A stretch of DNA of 64,000 bases from Macrostomum lignano (lineage: Eukaryota). Made by a program: the position numbers and the translations under genes. The stretch lies in the NCBI GenBank assembly GCA_002269645.1, contig NIVC01002911.1, positions 1,665-65,664 on the forward strand, in the 5' to 3' direction. The notes beneath the pieces are model-generated. The model was not told where the DNA came from, did not search any database, and saw only the letters and a program-made list of their open reading frames with translations. How positions within the stretch are numbered: the stretch's first letter is position 1; each line of letters begins with the position of its first letter. Shown in pieces: positions 1 to 12,660 of this stretch.

Positions 1-1543
1 GAAAACCACTCGGACAGGCTTTTTGGGTCTTGGCGGAAAGAAACCGACTACAATAAAATTGAGCAGTGCAAAGTCAGAGAGCCAGCACAGGAGCACAAGA
101 AATGAACGTAATCAAGAGTCTCACAGTTCTAGCGACTCTGAGTTCACTCAGACCACCGTGGAGGCTCAGGGAGGAACTCCGGAGATCGCAGAAGCCCTCG
201 TTGACTTTTACACTCCGGCATTCAAGGAGCTGTACCACAGGTGGATCGCCTCCATCAATGACTATGTGAAGCCGTTCGAGTTCAAGCTGAAGCCCATCGA
301 TCAGCTGTTCGACATGAACATGGGCGACCTGTTTCCGGCTGGAAACCGCGACTTTGGCTGTATTGGAAGTGCGGGAAGCAAAGTGAATATTTTGACGGAG
401 CCCAAAACTCGTCGTCGCTATACTACCTCGATGAGGAGACTTACTTTGCTAACAATAAGACAAAAAGTAAACTGGTTAAAATTTACTGCAAATACAAGAA
501 CCAAGAAGACTTTAAGAACGCTCTAAAGAGACGAAGACTCTCACTGGAGAAAGCCGTAGCTGCGTACATGACGGAAGGTCCTTTCCCAACCTCCTCCCAC
601 GAGTTGAAAGCAGGGCAACCCGGTTGTGAGAGCTCTACACTGGCCAAGATCGACGTGTTTAACTCAAATAACAACACACTGACGTTTCTGCAGCTTAAGA
701 AAGCCCCGTTTTTAATTTCCTTTGATCTGCCCCAGGATATTCCGAACTTGTTGAAATCGCAAGCCAAGTATGTGATGACGTATCTAAAAGACAGGTGGTT
801 TGCGACCGAGCCAGGGCACCATCATGCACACTTGTACGAAGGCTGTCAGCTCGAAGGCTTCAAGCCAGCTGAGACTAAGATCTGTATCTGGAGCATCATC
901 CTCACATTTGAGGAGGAGACAGGCTTCTTCCATATCGATCCGCTGGACTTTATTGCATCAAAGCGCCGCAACCCAAACCTTCCAGACTGGATAGAGGGTA
1001 CCACGGTTGCTAGGGCTTCTTGGATAGAAGGGCAAAAAGGCGCAAACTCCACTGCTGCGGCGTCAATTCCATGCAACGTTCGGTGGTTGAACTCTCATAG
1101 GCTGGACCCTGATAGGGAAGAAAACTGCCTTTACTTTACGGCTGCGACTGCTGGAGACATCTTTGTTATATTCGCGTCCATACCAAGAGACCACACAAAT
1201 GGTACTACCTGCAGATCAATATGGATGGAGTGATATTCTACAAAGCAATGAAGCCGCAAAAGAGAGACTATCAAAAGGGAATGGGGACACTTGGAGACAA
1301 GAACTTATACCAGTCCTACTTCTTGTGTGTGAACCAGGCTAATGGATCAGTTCTAATGCAGTTCGGTAAGGCGGGCTCGAACAGCGAGATCGGCACTGTC
1401 TACTCTGGGTACAAGTTCCGACCGGACAGCCAGTACAGCCGCCTGTCTTTCTACACGTTCGGAGCGGGCTCGAAGTCTGTGTCGCTGATGGACATTCACC
1501 TCACCAAGGAGATGCCGCAGGTGGAGTGTTTGAACAATAATTA

Positions 1544-2888
1544 CGAGGTGTATTCAAAAAGTTCTTTTCGGTGCCCTACAAAACTGAACACAAAACAACT
1601 GGAACTATGAAAACACTGTTAGATTGCTTAACATGATTCGGTCACTCAACATATTCACCGCCAATGTCTTTGCACTTCTGCCAGCGATTTACCAGGCCTC
1701 TGATTCCGGAACTCACACCACTCGCGTCCGTTTGGCGAACAGCTTGATTGCATGCAGCCTCAATGTGCTCGACGCTGTCGAATCGAATGCCCGAAGGTGC
1801 TTCTTCACAGATGGAAATAAGAAGAAGTCGCACGGCGACAAATCAGGCGAATAGGCTGGATGTTGGAGCACTTCCCATCCCCATTTGCTCAGGAGTTCCA
1901 CGACGTTGTGCTTGCGATGTGCTGGCGCATTGTCGTGCAGCAGGATCACGGCAGATTCCAGCAGATCAGGGCGCTTCTTTCGTATTGCTGGGCGCAGCTT
2001 CTCCTGCAGAATCCACTTGTAGTAGTCCCCATTGACGGTGGTTCCTTGTGGGACTGCCCAGTTCAGCAGGATTCCTTGGGAATCAAAAAACATGACGTGC
2101 ATGATCTTCATCGCGCCCTGCTTCCTGATGGCCTTCTGAGGTCTTGGAGAATGTGCTGGAAGCCATTCGGCAGACTGGGCCTTTGTCTCAGGATCCCAGC
2201 TGTAAACCCACGTCTCGTCTCCAGCTACAATTCTTGATAGAAAATCCTCCCCTTCTCGATGGAACCGACGCAGGTGGCTGCTTGAAGCCACAGTTCGCTG
2301 CATCTTTTGCTCACCTGTCAGCAGGTGTGGCACCCACTTGCAAAACTTTTTCTGCAGGTGAAGACGCTCCGTCAGAATGGTGTGGACGCTTCCTACTGAC
2401 ACACCAACGTCTTCTGCCAATTCTTCGCAAGTCCGTCGCCGATCATCATCCAGGAGCTCTTGCACTTTCTTCACAACAGTCTCGTTGGTTGCAGTCATCG
2501 GCCTTCCAGAGCGATCATTGTCCTCAACGCTCTCTCTTCCCTCAGCGAACAGCCGGTACCATTTTCGAACTGTCTGCTCAGTTGGTGCACATTTGCCAAG
2601 CACTTGCTGAAGCTCCCTAAACATATCCGGTGGCTTTTTTCCTTGCAGAAACTGAAACTTCATCAAGCTTCGAACGTCTTGCTTTGAAAATGATTCAGCC
2701 ATGGCCAAGAAATTGAGTGGTAGCTGATAGAAATGTTCGCTGCTCTAACATAGTTGCAAACTGAGACTTAAAACCCTAGGAACGTTTAGGCCATAGACAT
2801 AACTTGGTGAAATCGCTAAAATTCTGTTTACAAGGCTTTTTAAAAATAAATGCCAAAGGACCGAAAAGAACTTTTTGAATACACCTCG
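1544..2888 (-). mobile_element. Full-length mariner (Tc1/mariner DD34D) transposon, 1345 bp
   Basis: 29-bp perfect TIRs (CGAGGTGTATTCAAAAAGTTCTTTTCGGT, 1544-1572 and 2860-2888) with TA TSD at 1542-1543 and 2889-2890. Confidence 0.97.
1642..2702 (-). pseudogene. Mariner transposase with one frameshift near the C-terminus
   Basis: Motifs WVPHLL, GDETW, HDNA and YSPDLSPCD, with 34 residues between the 2nd and 3rd D. The frame shifts at ~1790 (CTTCGGGCATT, one G short of LRGIRF); the tail continues in ORF 1642-1833 to GGEYVE*. Confidence 0.93.
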
Positions 2889-5254
2889 TACAAGTTGGTT
2901 GATGGTCACTGCTTGCTGGATTGTCACAAAGAGTGCATCGACTGCAATCTAGCAAAAGATGACACCAGCTGCTTCCAGTGTCGCAATGTGCGCGTTGAAT
3001 TAAAGCATTCTATTGGTGGCAGGAGAGTCAGCAAAGTGCAGTGCTTACCAGAGTGTCCAGTTGGCTACCAACTGAGTGACAGCAAGGAAAAGCTGTGCGT
3101 GCCCTGCCAACCAGGAACTTTCAAGAACACAACGGGAAATCACCACTGCTTGTCATGCGCTCCTGGAACTTTTTCTGCATCACAAGCGACTGTGAATTGC
3201 ATGCTCTGCAGTCCAGGAAATTTCGCTTCCAAGCCAGGATCGGTACAGTGCCAGCAGTGCCATGTTGGAACAGCAAGCAGGTTTAACGGATCTGCTTCGT
3301 GTGCGGCCTGCAGTGCCGGCTTGTTCGCAGCTCAGCGAGGTCAAACGGAGTGCACTCCATGTCCAGTCGGACAGTTCAATAAAGCAGAGAGACAGGCGCA
3401 GTGCCAGTTGTGCTCTGCGGGGTCCTTCGCCGACAAGCCAGGACAGAAATCTTGCACTGCTTGCCCTGCTGGAACGTCGAGTGAGGAGGGCTCAGTGAGC
3501 TGCGCCAATAACTGCAAGAGGGGCGAGTTCAGTCCAGCCGAGGGCATCCCGTGCGCCAAGTGCCCTGCAGGCTCGTTCACTCCTAGCTCGGGATCGGTAA
3601 ATTGCACTTTGTGCTCAGCTGGCACTTTCTCCTTCAACCCAGGTAGCAGCGAGTGCTCCAAATGTCCCGCTGGCACCTACGCCAGCGAATCCGGTTCCTC
3701 AAAATGCCATGACTGCGATTTGAACTTCGCCCTAAAACGCCGAATTGGAATGGCGCACTGTGACCTATGCCCCGACTCTGGGTCTACCTTTGGCACGGAG
3801 AAATGTCACCGTAAGTAGTTGCACTTCCAATACTCTATTTACTACCTTTATATAGCTTTTATTTATTCTAAAATTTTTCAGGCAAGCTGCGCATGAGTTG
3901 CGAGGGATACCGGTACTATGATTTTTTATTAAAGGGATGTAAAAAATCTATTGATAACGATTTGAAAACGTACGGTGTACTGACATATGGCGAAGGTATA
4001 AGTAGTAAAGGCGAAGGCGGTGGTTCGCTATTTTCTCGCTATTACTACAAGTACACACTCGACCAAATTGCGTCTGTGAAAGGACTTATCAGCTGGCAAG
4101 GCGACCCAGTTGATTCTACGTCACTGGAAATCATACTAAAAGATTCTAATAAAAATCATATTAAAAATTGTAAAACTAAAGTCGATATTCTTAATCCGTA
4201 CTCAGTGCACGTGAGTGCTCTGCTTTTGACGTAAAATTCTTGGCGATTGCTATTTTCGGTGACACCTGGAAGTCGGCGGCGATCTATATCGCCGAGATTG
4301 CTCTGTATGCCGAGTAGTTCAACATTTGTCGTAAAAGCGGATATTATTCTGCAAATATAACAAACACAAGCTACTGGTTACCATTCGAAAAGTATAGTTC
4401 ATTCCTTTGTTATTATTAACAGTACAGTTTTACAGTGAAGCTTTTTGTACTGTAAGAGCCGATATAGTTTAAGACTGCAAGGGTTTTCCTGTGTTTTGGA
4501 AACCGTGAAGACCAAGGCCTGTACTGAATACCTTAATTGATTACTGCTAAAAGCACCATTGAACTGACGACTGCAAAATAGTTTTGATAAAGCTAGCGAA
4601 TCGCATACGAATAATTAGTCCAAATGACAACAGCTGTGTAGTCTTTGAGTAGAAATTGAAATTGTTCTGGCAATGTAGAAAAAAATTCGGCAGAAAGCCC
4701 ATATACTAAATTATATCGAAAAATGAAATTAAACTGCAGTAGCTAGGACAAGACCCAATAAAATGATATTAGTAAAACATTTCCTGGCATGGGACAAGAA
4801 GATTTAAAATTTGAGCTTAATTGCAGAGTTATCATCAATTAGTAATTAAACTATGCAAATTCCTTCTGGCTATACAATGAGCAGTTAGCTAATGTTTGAA
4901 CTATTTTGTATGGTATCGCTCTTTGTTTGATCAATGATCATTTAGCCAAATAAGGTTATTGGTGATCATTGTAGCGGTTGTATTGAAATTGACCAGTATA
5001 CGGTTGACAAGTATTCTTAGTTGGCAAATGGGGTTGGCTATGTACATATTGTATGTGAAACTATTGTCACAATGCCGTTGACGGTAAATATGTTCTGGAC
5101 ATTATTGGTGGTCCAAATGGGTGTCAGTTCCTCTCTTATTGGGGGCAGGCAGGTGACATTATTTATAATGCGGTTAAACATTAAAATTCTGCAATGTATG
5201 GAGAATATATTCATGGTAGTGTTTGCAGAAGTTGCGTAATCGTTTGTAAAGAGA

Positions 5255-5720
5255 AGCGGAGATTTAGTTGCTTCAGGATCAAAGAGCAGGATCCATGTTT
5301 CCTCACCGGACATGATCATCAGTCAGCTTGCTAAAGTCATCCCACCCACCTTGCTTCTGAATGAGCTCGATGTTTTACTTCGCAATATACTCACTCGCTG
5401 TGCCTTGAGCTCCGGTGTGAGGAGGCTAGGGACCCAGTGGGCTGAAGTACATGTATAGTGGAGCGAATATGAGAGATCCAGATCAGCTAGTGATGACGAT
5501 TTACTAGACTGTTGACTTGAAAATGTCTAATCGATTGTGCCGTATCTGTACTTCTAAACCATGGAGGCTCTCTGTCCTCGTATTTCTTCGATCGGTAGCC
5601 TTTTCTAGTGCTGCCACCAGTCCCTCAAGGTCTCAGTCTTCGGTGAGGTGATCGAGCGCCCTTCAGAACGATCGAAACAAGTCGAGAAAACTCAGCACTT
5701 CGTGCAGATTTACGATTTAG
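5255..5720 (-). mobile_element. Degenerate mariner transposase relic
   Basis: Minus-strand translation SAHWVPSLLTPELKAQRV...*LMIMSGEETWILLFDPEATK matches the WVPxxLT and GDETW..DPE motifs, with an in-frame stop. No TIRs recognised. Confidence 0.7.
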
Positions 5721-6964
5721 ACGGATGGTCAGTTAGTTCCTGCCGGGCTCAGTGGGTGGTTGGGAGGGCGATGTTAGCCCCAGGCAGACTCGGGAGTCTG
5801 CATGTGATTAGCTGAGCCTTCAGTTGAGACAATGCTAGATTGCAGATTCAGGCACTCGCGGGACAAAGAGAAATCGAGAGGAAAACAATTGAAAATCTTG
5901 GTGGAAATAATTGGTTCAGGGGGGTCCATACTTATATGGTGGCAAGAATCGCATTGTAGCATTGCACGCAAGACCTCCATCGCACCAGAGCACGCAAGAT
6001 TGCGTGACACAGCTAGTAGCTGTTTTTAGAAACTGACGTCAACTTTTGCCTCGGAGAAGATTAGGGTCCCCAGACATGTGATTCTGCCATACGCATGGAC
6101 CGAACATAATGTAAAGTAAAGGTGTTTACTGTACTTTGGACTGCGAGAAAGCAGAGCCTGTCACGTGACTGGCTCACATGACAAGGGAAATAGTAGCGAA
6201 ACCACCAGTGACCACTGGACGTAGAGCGAACCAAGAGCAAGCCAAGAGCAAGGCCAAGAGCTTGTAAACCGATTTCTTTTGTTTCTTCTGGCGTTCGGCA
6301 AAGCTTGGAACTATAGCCAAACTAATTAAATTTAAATCCGGCTGGCCGGATCTAGATCAGCATATGACTGCTTCAGAAATTGAGCTTGTTCTAAAAAACA
6401 AATACAATGCATTACAAAGGCATAATTTAAGCAAAACAGCCCACAAAATTACGAGTAGTGGGCACTACAAGATATGCGATAGTGAAATTCACGATACCAA
6501 ATGTATTACTTCTACTAATCCTCGCGTAGACTTCTGTAGGATCGAACCGCGGCACACAAATACATGTAGATCTATGCGGAAAGCTTTTCCCAGCGCGTTT
6601 TTGGCAGAAAAACTCCCAACAGGTGAATCTGAATAACCCTACTGACCAAAGATTAATTGATGAAGCACAACGCGTTCGTAAAATTTTGCTGCGTGAAGGC
6701 AGGGAGGCAGAAATGTTCAGAAGTTATTAGCGATATAGCAGAGCTATATGCTGTTCCACTACTGGCCGTTATCTTTAATGCGCACGAGAAAACGGCCTGC
6801 CACTCTACAGGTGTATAAGAGACAGGAAATCCTCGCAAAAATGCCAGCTAAAGAATCATGGAGTTCTATTGCCTATAATGATCAGGAGAGGGAAACCTTA
6901 TAAGTCGAATATCATCGGTATGGATTCTGGATTTTATGTCTATAGTATCCTGCAGAATCCAGAT

Positions 6965-7850
6965 TTTATAGCTGAATCGAACTCCATGTCACTCTCTCAG
7001 AATCCAGGATAGCTAAATGGAACTCCATGTCACTCCCTCAGAATCCAACCCAGATTTGATAGCTAAATCGAACTCCATGTCACTCTCTCAGAATCCAGAT
7101 TTGATAGCTAAATGGAACTCCATGTCACTCCCTCAGAATCCAGATTTGATAGCTAAATCCAACTCCATGTCACTCTCAGAATCCAGATTTGATAGCTAAA
7201 TGGAACTCCATGTCACTCCCTCAGAATCCAGATTTGATAGCTAAATCCAACTCCATGTCACTCTCAGAATCCAGATTTGATAGCTAAATGGAACTCCATG
7301 TCACTCCCTCAGAATCCAGATTTGATAGCTAAATAGAACTCCATGTCACTCTCAGAATCCAGATTTGATAGCTAAATGGAACTCCATGTCACTCTCTCAG
7401 AATCCAGATTTGATAGCTAAATGGAACTCCATGTCACTCTCTCAGAATCCAGATTTGATAGCTAAATGGAACTCCATGTCACTCTCAGAATCCAGATTTG
7501 ATAGCTAAATGGAACTCCATGTCACTCTCTCAGAATCCAGATTTGATAGCTAAATGGAACTCCATGTCACTCTCAGAATCCAGATTTGATAGCTAAATGG
7601 AACTCCATGTCACTCTCTCAGAATCCAGATTTGATAGCTAAATGGAACTCCATGTCACTCTCTCAGAATCCAGATTTGATAGCTAAATGGAACTCCATGT
7701 CACTCTCTCAGAATCCAGATTTGATAGCTAAATGGAACTCCATGTCACTCTCAGAATCCAGATTTGATAGCTAAATAGAACTCCATGTCACTCTCTCAGA
7801 ATCCAGATTTGATAGCTAAATGGAACTCCATGTCACTCTCAGAATCCAGA
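6965..7850. repeat. Minisatellite, 43-45-bp unit (GATTTGATAGCTAAATGGAACTCCATGTCACTCTCTCAGAATCCA), ~20 copies
   Basis: Direct tandem repeat. Confidence 0.95.
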
Positions 7851-8283
7851 CCGGAATTGCAATATGCAATTCTTTAAACAGTTCAAGCTAGTCTCATGGA
7901 TTTTAGCAGCAATCCAGATTTTACGTATCATCTGTACTTCTTGCCGCGTCCAGATTATTGCAGATCTAATCATACATTGGGATGTGATAACTAAGGGAAA
8001 AGGGTTAATTTCGTGGCCCTCTCCCAGACCGCCAGCCAGCTATCTCTGAAGTTTATTTGTCCCACACTGCGGTGCGGGCGTTCCTGACCTTTTTGGTTTT
8101 CTCTAATCAAAAAATTATAGCGCCTGCCTTTTATACATGTAAGTAAACTTATACATGCGCATAGCCAATCAATCAAGTATGGAGCTAAATAAGGTTAGCG
8201 CTTTCGAGGCAAACAGAACTGATAGTTAAGCAACGTTTGTTTCGGTTAGTACCAATTCGCGCAACTGAACTTCAGTAATCCCT

Positions 8284-8475
8284 CATGAGCCCTTGGAATC
8301 TGAGCCATTTGTCATATCAGTAATTCCCCATGAGCCCTTGGCATCTGAGCCATTTGTCATATCAGTAATTCCCCATGAGCCCTTGGCATCTGAGCCATTT
8401 GTCATATCAGTAATTCCCCATGAGCCCTTGGCATCTGAGCCATATTACCTCTCAGTAAGTCCCCATGAGCCGTAG
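8284..8475. repeat. Short minisatellite, 45-bp unit, ~4 copies
   Basis: CATGAGCCCTTGGCATCTGAGCCATTTGTCATATCAGTAATTCCC repeated. Confidence 0.9.
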
Positions 8476-9265
8476 CATGAGAGTTATTTGACATCTCAGA
8501 AATTCCCTACGACACACTCTGCCCTCTGGAAGGGGGGTTGGCCCTCATTGGAGAAAGATGCAATCGCCTCGAGTGCAGGTGCGCTAAGAGTACTGCAAGC
8601 TACACCAGCCGCTGGCGATAGTCAAGCAGCAAACGAATTCTTGACGGCAAACAAAGCTGTCCACCATGGCATTCGCGCCGAACAAAAAAACACGCAGCAG
8701 ATGGCTGTCGCTGCAGCTTCGAGAACTCGAATTTGAAATGATTATTTAATAGCCAGGCGGTGGGGGCCACCCATTAATGGCTGGAGGACCAGACGGCTCC
8801 CCGGAGACTATCGCGGAGATCAAATTGAGCGTCTGCGGCTCTGGTCGAGGCCATCGCCCGAGAAATATTATAACTCGCATGAATAATTGATGCAAACACA
8901 CCGATGCCTATGGATATAAAAGAAACGGATGTCTCCCGATCGGATTTAGTCTGCTAGAAAATATTAATTTGACGATCAATCAAATCCTTGGATGAAATCT
9001 ATTTTTTGGGCAATTTTTTTAACATTCAGAGACTCCCAACAGTGATGAGGCCATTAAAAGAAGGACCCTTATAATCTAAGCTAATTCGCGATATGCAAGC
9101 GAAAGAAACACGGACTAATAAGGTCATTGCGAAATCGTCAATGCTAAACAAATTTCAATTGGTTGCTGCTGTGAAATTAAGAACCCTTTTGAATACGAAT
9201 CCAGGACAACCAAAGCAACTTATATACAGGACGCGACAATCACGTTTCATGAAAAAAGTTTTGGA

Positions 9266-9719
9266 GGCCACTTTTCGCCTAAAAGTACACTACGGATATA
9301 GGAAGTTTTCTTTTTTTCAACACAAAAATTGTTATTGCTTTCGATAGGAAGCAGACCCAATGTTCATCTTTTGATACATGTATGTTGTGCCTTTCTCATA
9401 GCTCTATTGATATATTTATAAAGCTTCTCGTTCAGAAAGTTAGAATTTCATGTTAATTTTTGATTCTACGTACATTTGCAGTACCCAAAAATCATAAAAA
9501 TGCATGGCACAGCTCCAATCTTTGGTTTTATGAATCTCTTTTATCCTAATTTTCTGAACGAAAAGCTTTATGAATATCAATAGAGCTATAAGAATAAAGG
9601 CACAACATATAAAAAAAGATGGACATTGGGTCTGCCTCCTATCGAAAGAAATAACAATTTTTGTGCTGAAAAATGAAAACTTCCGATCTCCGTAGTGTAT
9701 TTTTCAGCGAAAAGTGGCC
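9266..9719. mobile_element. Foldback/MITE-like element with long imperfect TIRs (~180 bp)
   Basis: GGCCACTTTTCGC...ACACTACGGA...GGAAGTTTT at the left end is mirrored by AAAACTTCC...TCCGTAGTGT...GCGAAAAGTGGCC at the right end. TTAA follows the right end; the left flank reads TGGA. Confidence 0.75.
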
Positions 9720-10539
9720 TTAAAAACATTTCCAAAGATTTCGAGTGTTGCGTCCTTCTCGAACTTTCTGTTGCTCTGTTCTGCTATTTTGTCTGCCATT
9801 GTTAATACTTTTCTCTGCCGCCTCAGAAGGCATCCCACACGATATCAAAGCCTCTGACAGATGCTATAGCCATGCATCAACGGTTAGGGATTCACAATCG
9901 AACGCGGATTCACAATGGCTCGGGTTTTACCTACAGACAGGTACCCGCATCTGAAGTGCAAGTACTGGACAACCGAAATCGTACCAGTACAGGGGATATC
10001 GTATCACGGATACTGAATTAGTATACTTTGTAGTCACAGACAGCATTTGAACTTGTCTTACAGTAACCATGATGTATCATCAAGGATCTGCAAATTTTTG
10101 TTTTAGTTTCGTCACCTCTGTCTTGCAAAAATGCAACCAAGAATCACTATAAATACTGGTCAATTTGCAAAACACTTCTAATACATTATAGAATTTATCT
10201 GAAGGCCCAGGGTTACATAAAAACGCCTTAAGAAACAGTTAAATCTGTCGAATCCGAAAGGTACACATTGTGAATTACTGCAAGAGCAAAAAGTTCGATA
10301 AGTGTGTCCCAATCGGTGCACGAACACTCGGCCATGGACAAAGAAAGGATTAAAGATTTTCCAGCAGGCGGCTCATAGGCTGAAACTAGCCAGGAACCAA
10401 TCGTAGCTGAATGTTACACTCATTTGGTTCTCTTGGCTAAGGAATAAATATCTGGCTAGATAAGTCTTCATGCCAGCATTCTATCCAGGGAAGCTTGGCA
10501 TCTCAACTGTTGCAATATCCTGCTCTACAAAGCCGCGCA

Positions 10540-11853
10540 ATGCTACAAGGCCAGTGCTCGGGTGCTAACGAGAGCCTCTACTTTACTCAAACTCAGTCGC
10601 CTGTGAAGGACGCCCTGACTCTGATTGCGTCCTCATCTGGTCTGCTACTGAACATCCTGTCCCTCTCCGTGTTCCTTCGGGTGCTGCGGAAGCCGAACAA
10701 TCGAAATAGTTTCCACATTTTTCTGGTGTTCCTATCCGCCTGCGAGGTGGCCTTCTGCCTGTCCAGCGGAGTCACCTACGCCAACATACTCAACTCGCGA
10801 ACGGTTAGAAACCTGTCTTGGACCGGCCTGGATGGCGACGAGATGGCGACGACGTATTTTCGATTTTCAATCTACCTGCCAACAGAGAGTAGGACGCTGG
10901 TGACTCTGTACTATCGTATGGTAGTGCTGTCTGCCTACCTGTCCATTGTGTCTCAGTTTATTAGGAATGCCTGGGTTGCTATGACGGCCCTGCTGCGCTG
11001 GTATGTGGCCACCAGGCGTACCAACGTGAATGTCAGCCAGCTCTACAGCACACGCCGAGTGAGTCTCCTATTCGTAGCTTTGCTATCAGTCGTGATCACG
11101 CTCAGCCTCATTCGCAGCTGCATCAACCACGCTGGCAATATTTTCAATTGGGAATTTCACGTGTGCAACATTAGCGACTGGAATAATCCCGGCACTTTGA
11201 TTGTTCACGTGACTAAGGATCAGGAAGCTAATAGGCGAACGGTGAACATGGTTTGGACAACGCTGAGCCAGATCATACCTTGGAGCTGCATTGTCACCTC
11301 GTCCATTCTGCTAGTCTATTCGCTTCGCAGCAACAGTCTGATTGACAGCTCAGAGAGAAACAAGCGCATAACTAGAATGGTGTTCATCTTCTCGTTGGCT
11401 TTTACTTTGCTAGAGTCGCCAAGAGCGTTCGTGTTTTTGTTTAACAAGCTGTTGAAATCGGTATCCCCGGCTCGTCTTCTGGACATCTATCAGGTGACGC
11501 TGATCCTCTCCCTAGCCGACTCAACCGTCAATGTGTTTATCTACTTTTTCAACGATCAGCACTTTAAGAAGGCTCTGTGCGGCTGCAACAATTGCAATTT
11601 ATTCGAATGCCGATGCAAAAAGTCCAACGACGCCGGCAACAATATGAATAATAGGAACAAGCGATCGGACACCGGAGGTGATCATTGTAAGCCAAAGAGT
11701 TCGCCAACCCAGACAACCGGTGCCAGCAACCGGAACGGGCCGGAACCCGTGGGCAATGACAGAGACGAAGCCGCCCAGCCGTTGGCTATCGGAGAAGTCG
11801 AGCGCTCCTCCAACGATGCGGTTGGCGCGTTCCAAACCGAGACTACCGTTTGA
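10540..11853 (+). CDS. Single-exon rhodopsin-family (class A) GPCR, peptide-receptor-like (FMRFamide/sex-peptide receptor-like orphan)
   Basis: Seven hydrophobic segments; TM1 'GLLLNILSLSVF', TM2 'FLVFLSACE', TM3 end 'TALLRW', TM7 'STVNVFIYFFNDQHFKKAL'; N-glycosylation site NES. First ATG at 10540 (the ORF track starts at TTG 10495). Confidence 0.85.
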   Translation: MLQGQCSGANESLYFTQTQSPVKDALTLIASSSGLLLNILSLSVFLRVLRKPNNRNSFHIFLVFLSACEVAFCLSSGVTYANILNSRTVRNLSWTGLDGDEMATTYFRFSIYLPTESRTLVTLYYRMVVLSAYLSIVSQFIRNAWVAMTALLRWYVATRRTNVNVSQLYSTRRVSLLFVALLSVVITLSLIRSCINHAGNIFNWEFHVCNISDWNNPGTLIVHVTKDQEANRRTVNMVWTTLSQIIPWSCIVTSSILLVYSLRSNSLIDSSERNKRITRMVFIFSLAFTLLESPRAFVFLFNKLLKSVSPARLLDIYQVTLILSLADSTVNVFIYFFNDQHFKKALCGCNNCNLFECRCKKSNDAGNNMNNRNKRSDTGGDHCKPKSSPTQTTGASNRNGPEPVGNDRDEAAQPLAIGEVERSSNDAVGAFQTETTV

Positions 11854-12029
11854 GAGATTAAAATGGCGCTTGAGAAGCATGCAGACTCTATAGGCGCAAT
11901 GAAGGCAAATGACAATAACTGACTTGAATACTTTTTGTTGGAGGATTCAAAATGTTGGCAATAAGCTCTTTTGCACTGCTTTTTCAGACATACTCGGCAA
12001 TGTCTATCTGTGACATCCTCTATCTAATA

Positions 12030-12660
12030 TGACAACCCATTCTCTGATCTGACATCCGGTATCTCATCTGACACCCGATTCTCTGATCTGACATCTGCTA
12101 TCTCATCTGACACACGATTCTCTGACCTGACATCCGGTATGTCATCTGACACCCGATTCTCTGATCTGACATCTGCTATCTCATCTGACACACGATTCTC
12201 TGACCTGACATCCGGTATGTCATCTGACACCCGATTCTCTGATCTGACATCTGCTATCTCATCTGACACCCGATTCTCTGATCTGACATCTGCTATCTCA
12301 TCTGACACACGATTCTCTGACCTGACATCTGCTATCTCATCTGACACCCGATTCTCTGATCTGACATCTGCTATCTCATCTGACACCCGATTCTCTGATC
12401 TGACATCTGCTATCTCATCTGACACCCGATGCTCTGATCTGACATCCGCTATCTCATCTGACACCCGATTCTCTGATCTGACATCTGCTATCTCATCTGA
12501 CACACGATTCTCTGACCTGACATCTGCTATCTCATCTGACACACGATTCTCTGATCTGACATCTGCTATCTCATCTGACACACGATTCTCTGACCTGACA
12601 TCCGGTATGTCATCTGACACCCGATTCTCTAATCTGACATCCGCTATCCATTCTGACGAC
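12030..12660. repeat. Minisatellite, 39-bp unit, ~16 copies
   Basis: TCTCATCTGACACCCGATTCTCTGATCTGACATCTGCTA tandem. Confidence 0.95.

Larger units (their letters stand above)
1..4320 (+). pseudogene. Disrupted gene (5' part outside window): MACPF-like C-terminal region, uncharacterised middle domain, ~13 Cys-rich 17-aa repeats (GCC2/GCC3, ephrin-receptor-like type) and a short C-terminal domain
   Basis: ORF 23 contains 'VEAQGG...LYHRWIASINDYVKPFEFKLKPIDQLF', resembling the MACPF C-terminal W..S....P....L.PI..L motif. Coding sense continues via -1 frame switches near 360 and 1195. A mariner is inserted at TA 1542-1543; removing it gives NNY|KLVDGHCLLDC in frame. CxxGxF...CxxC repeats lie at 3050-3800. 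A GT-AG intron at 3811-3881 restores HRKLRMSCEG into ORF 3893. A second donor is likely at 4211. Confidence 0.6.

Noticed and set aside
6500-6600. B-box-like GGTTCGATCC on the minus strand (possible tRNA/SINE)
   Set aside because: No A box or cloverleaf could be built.
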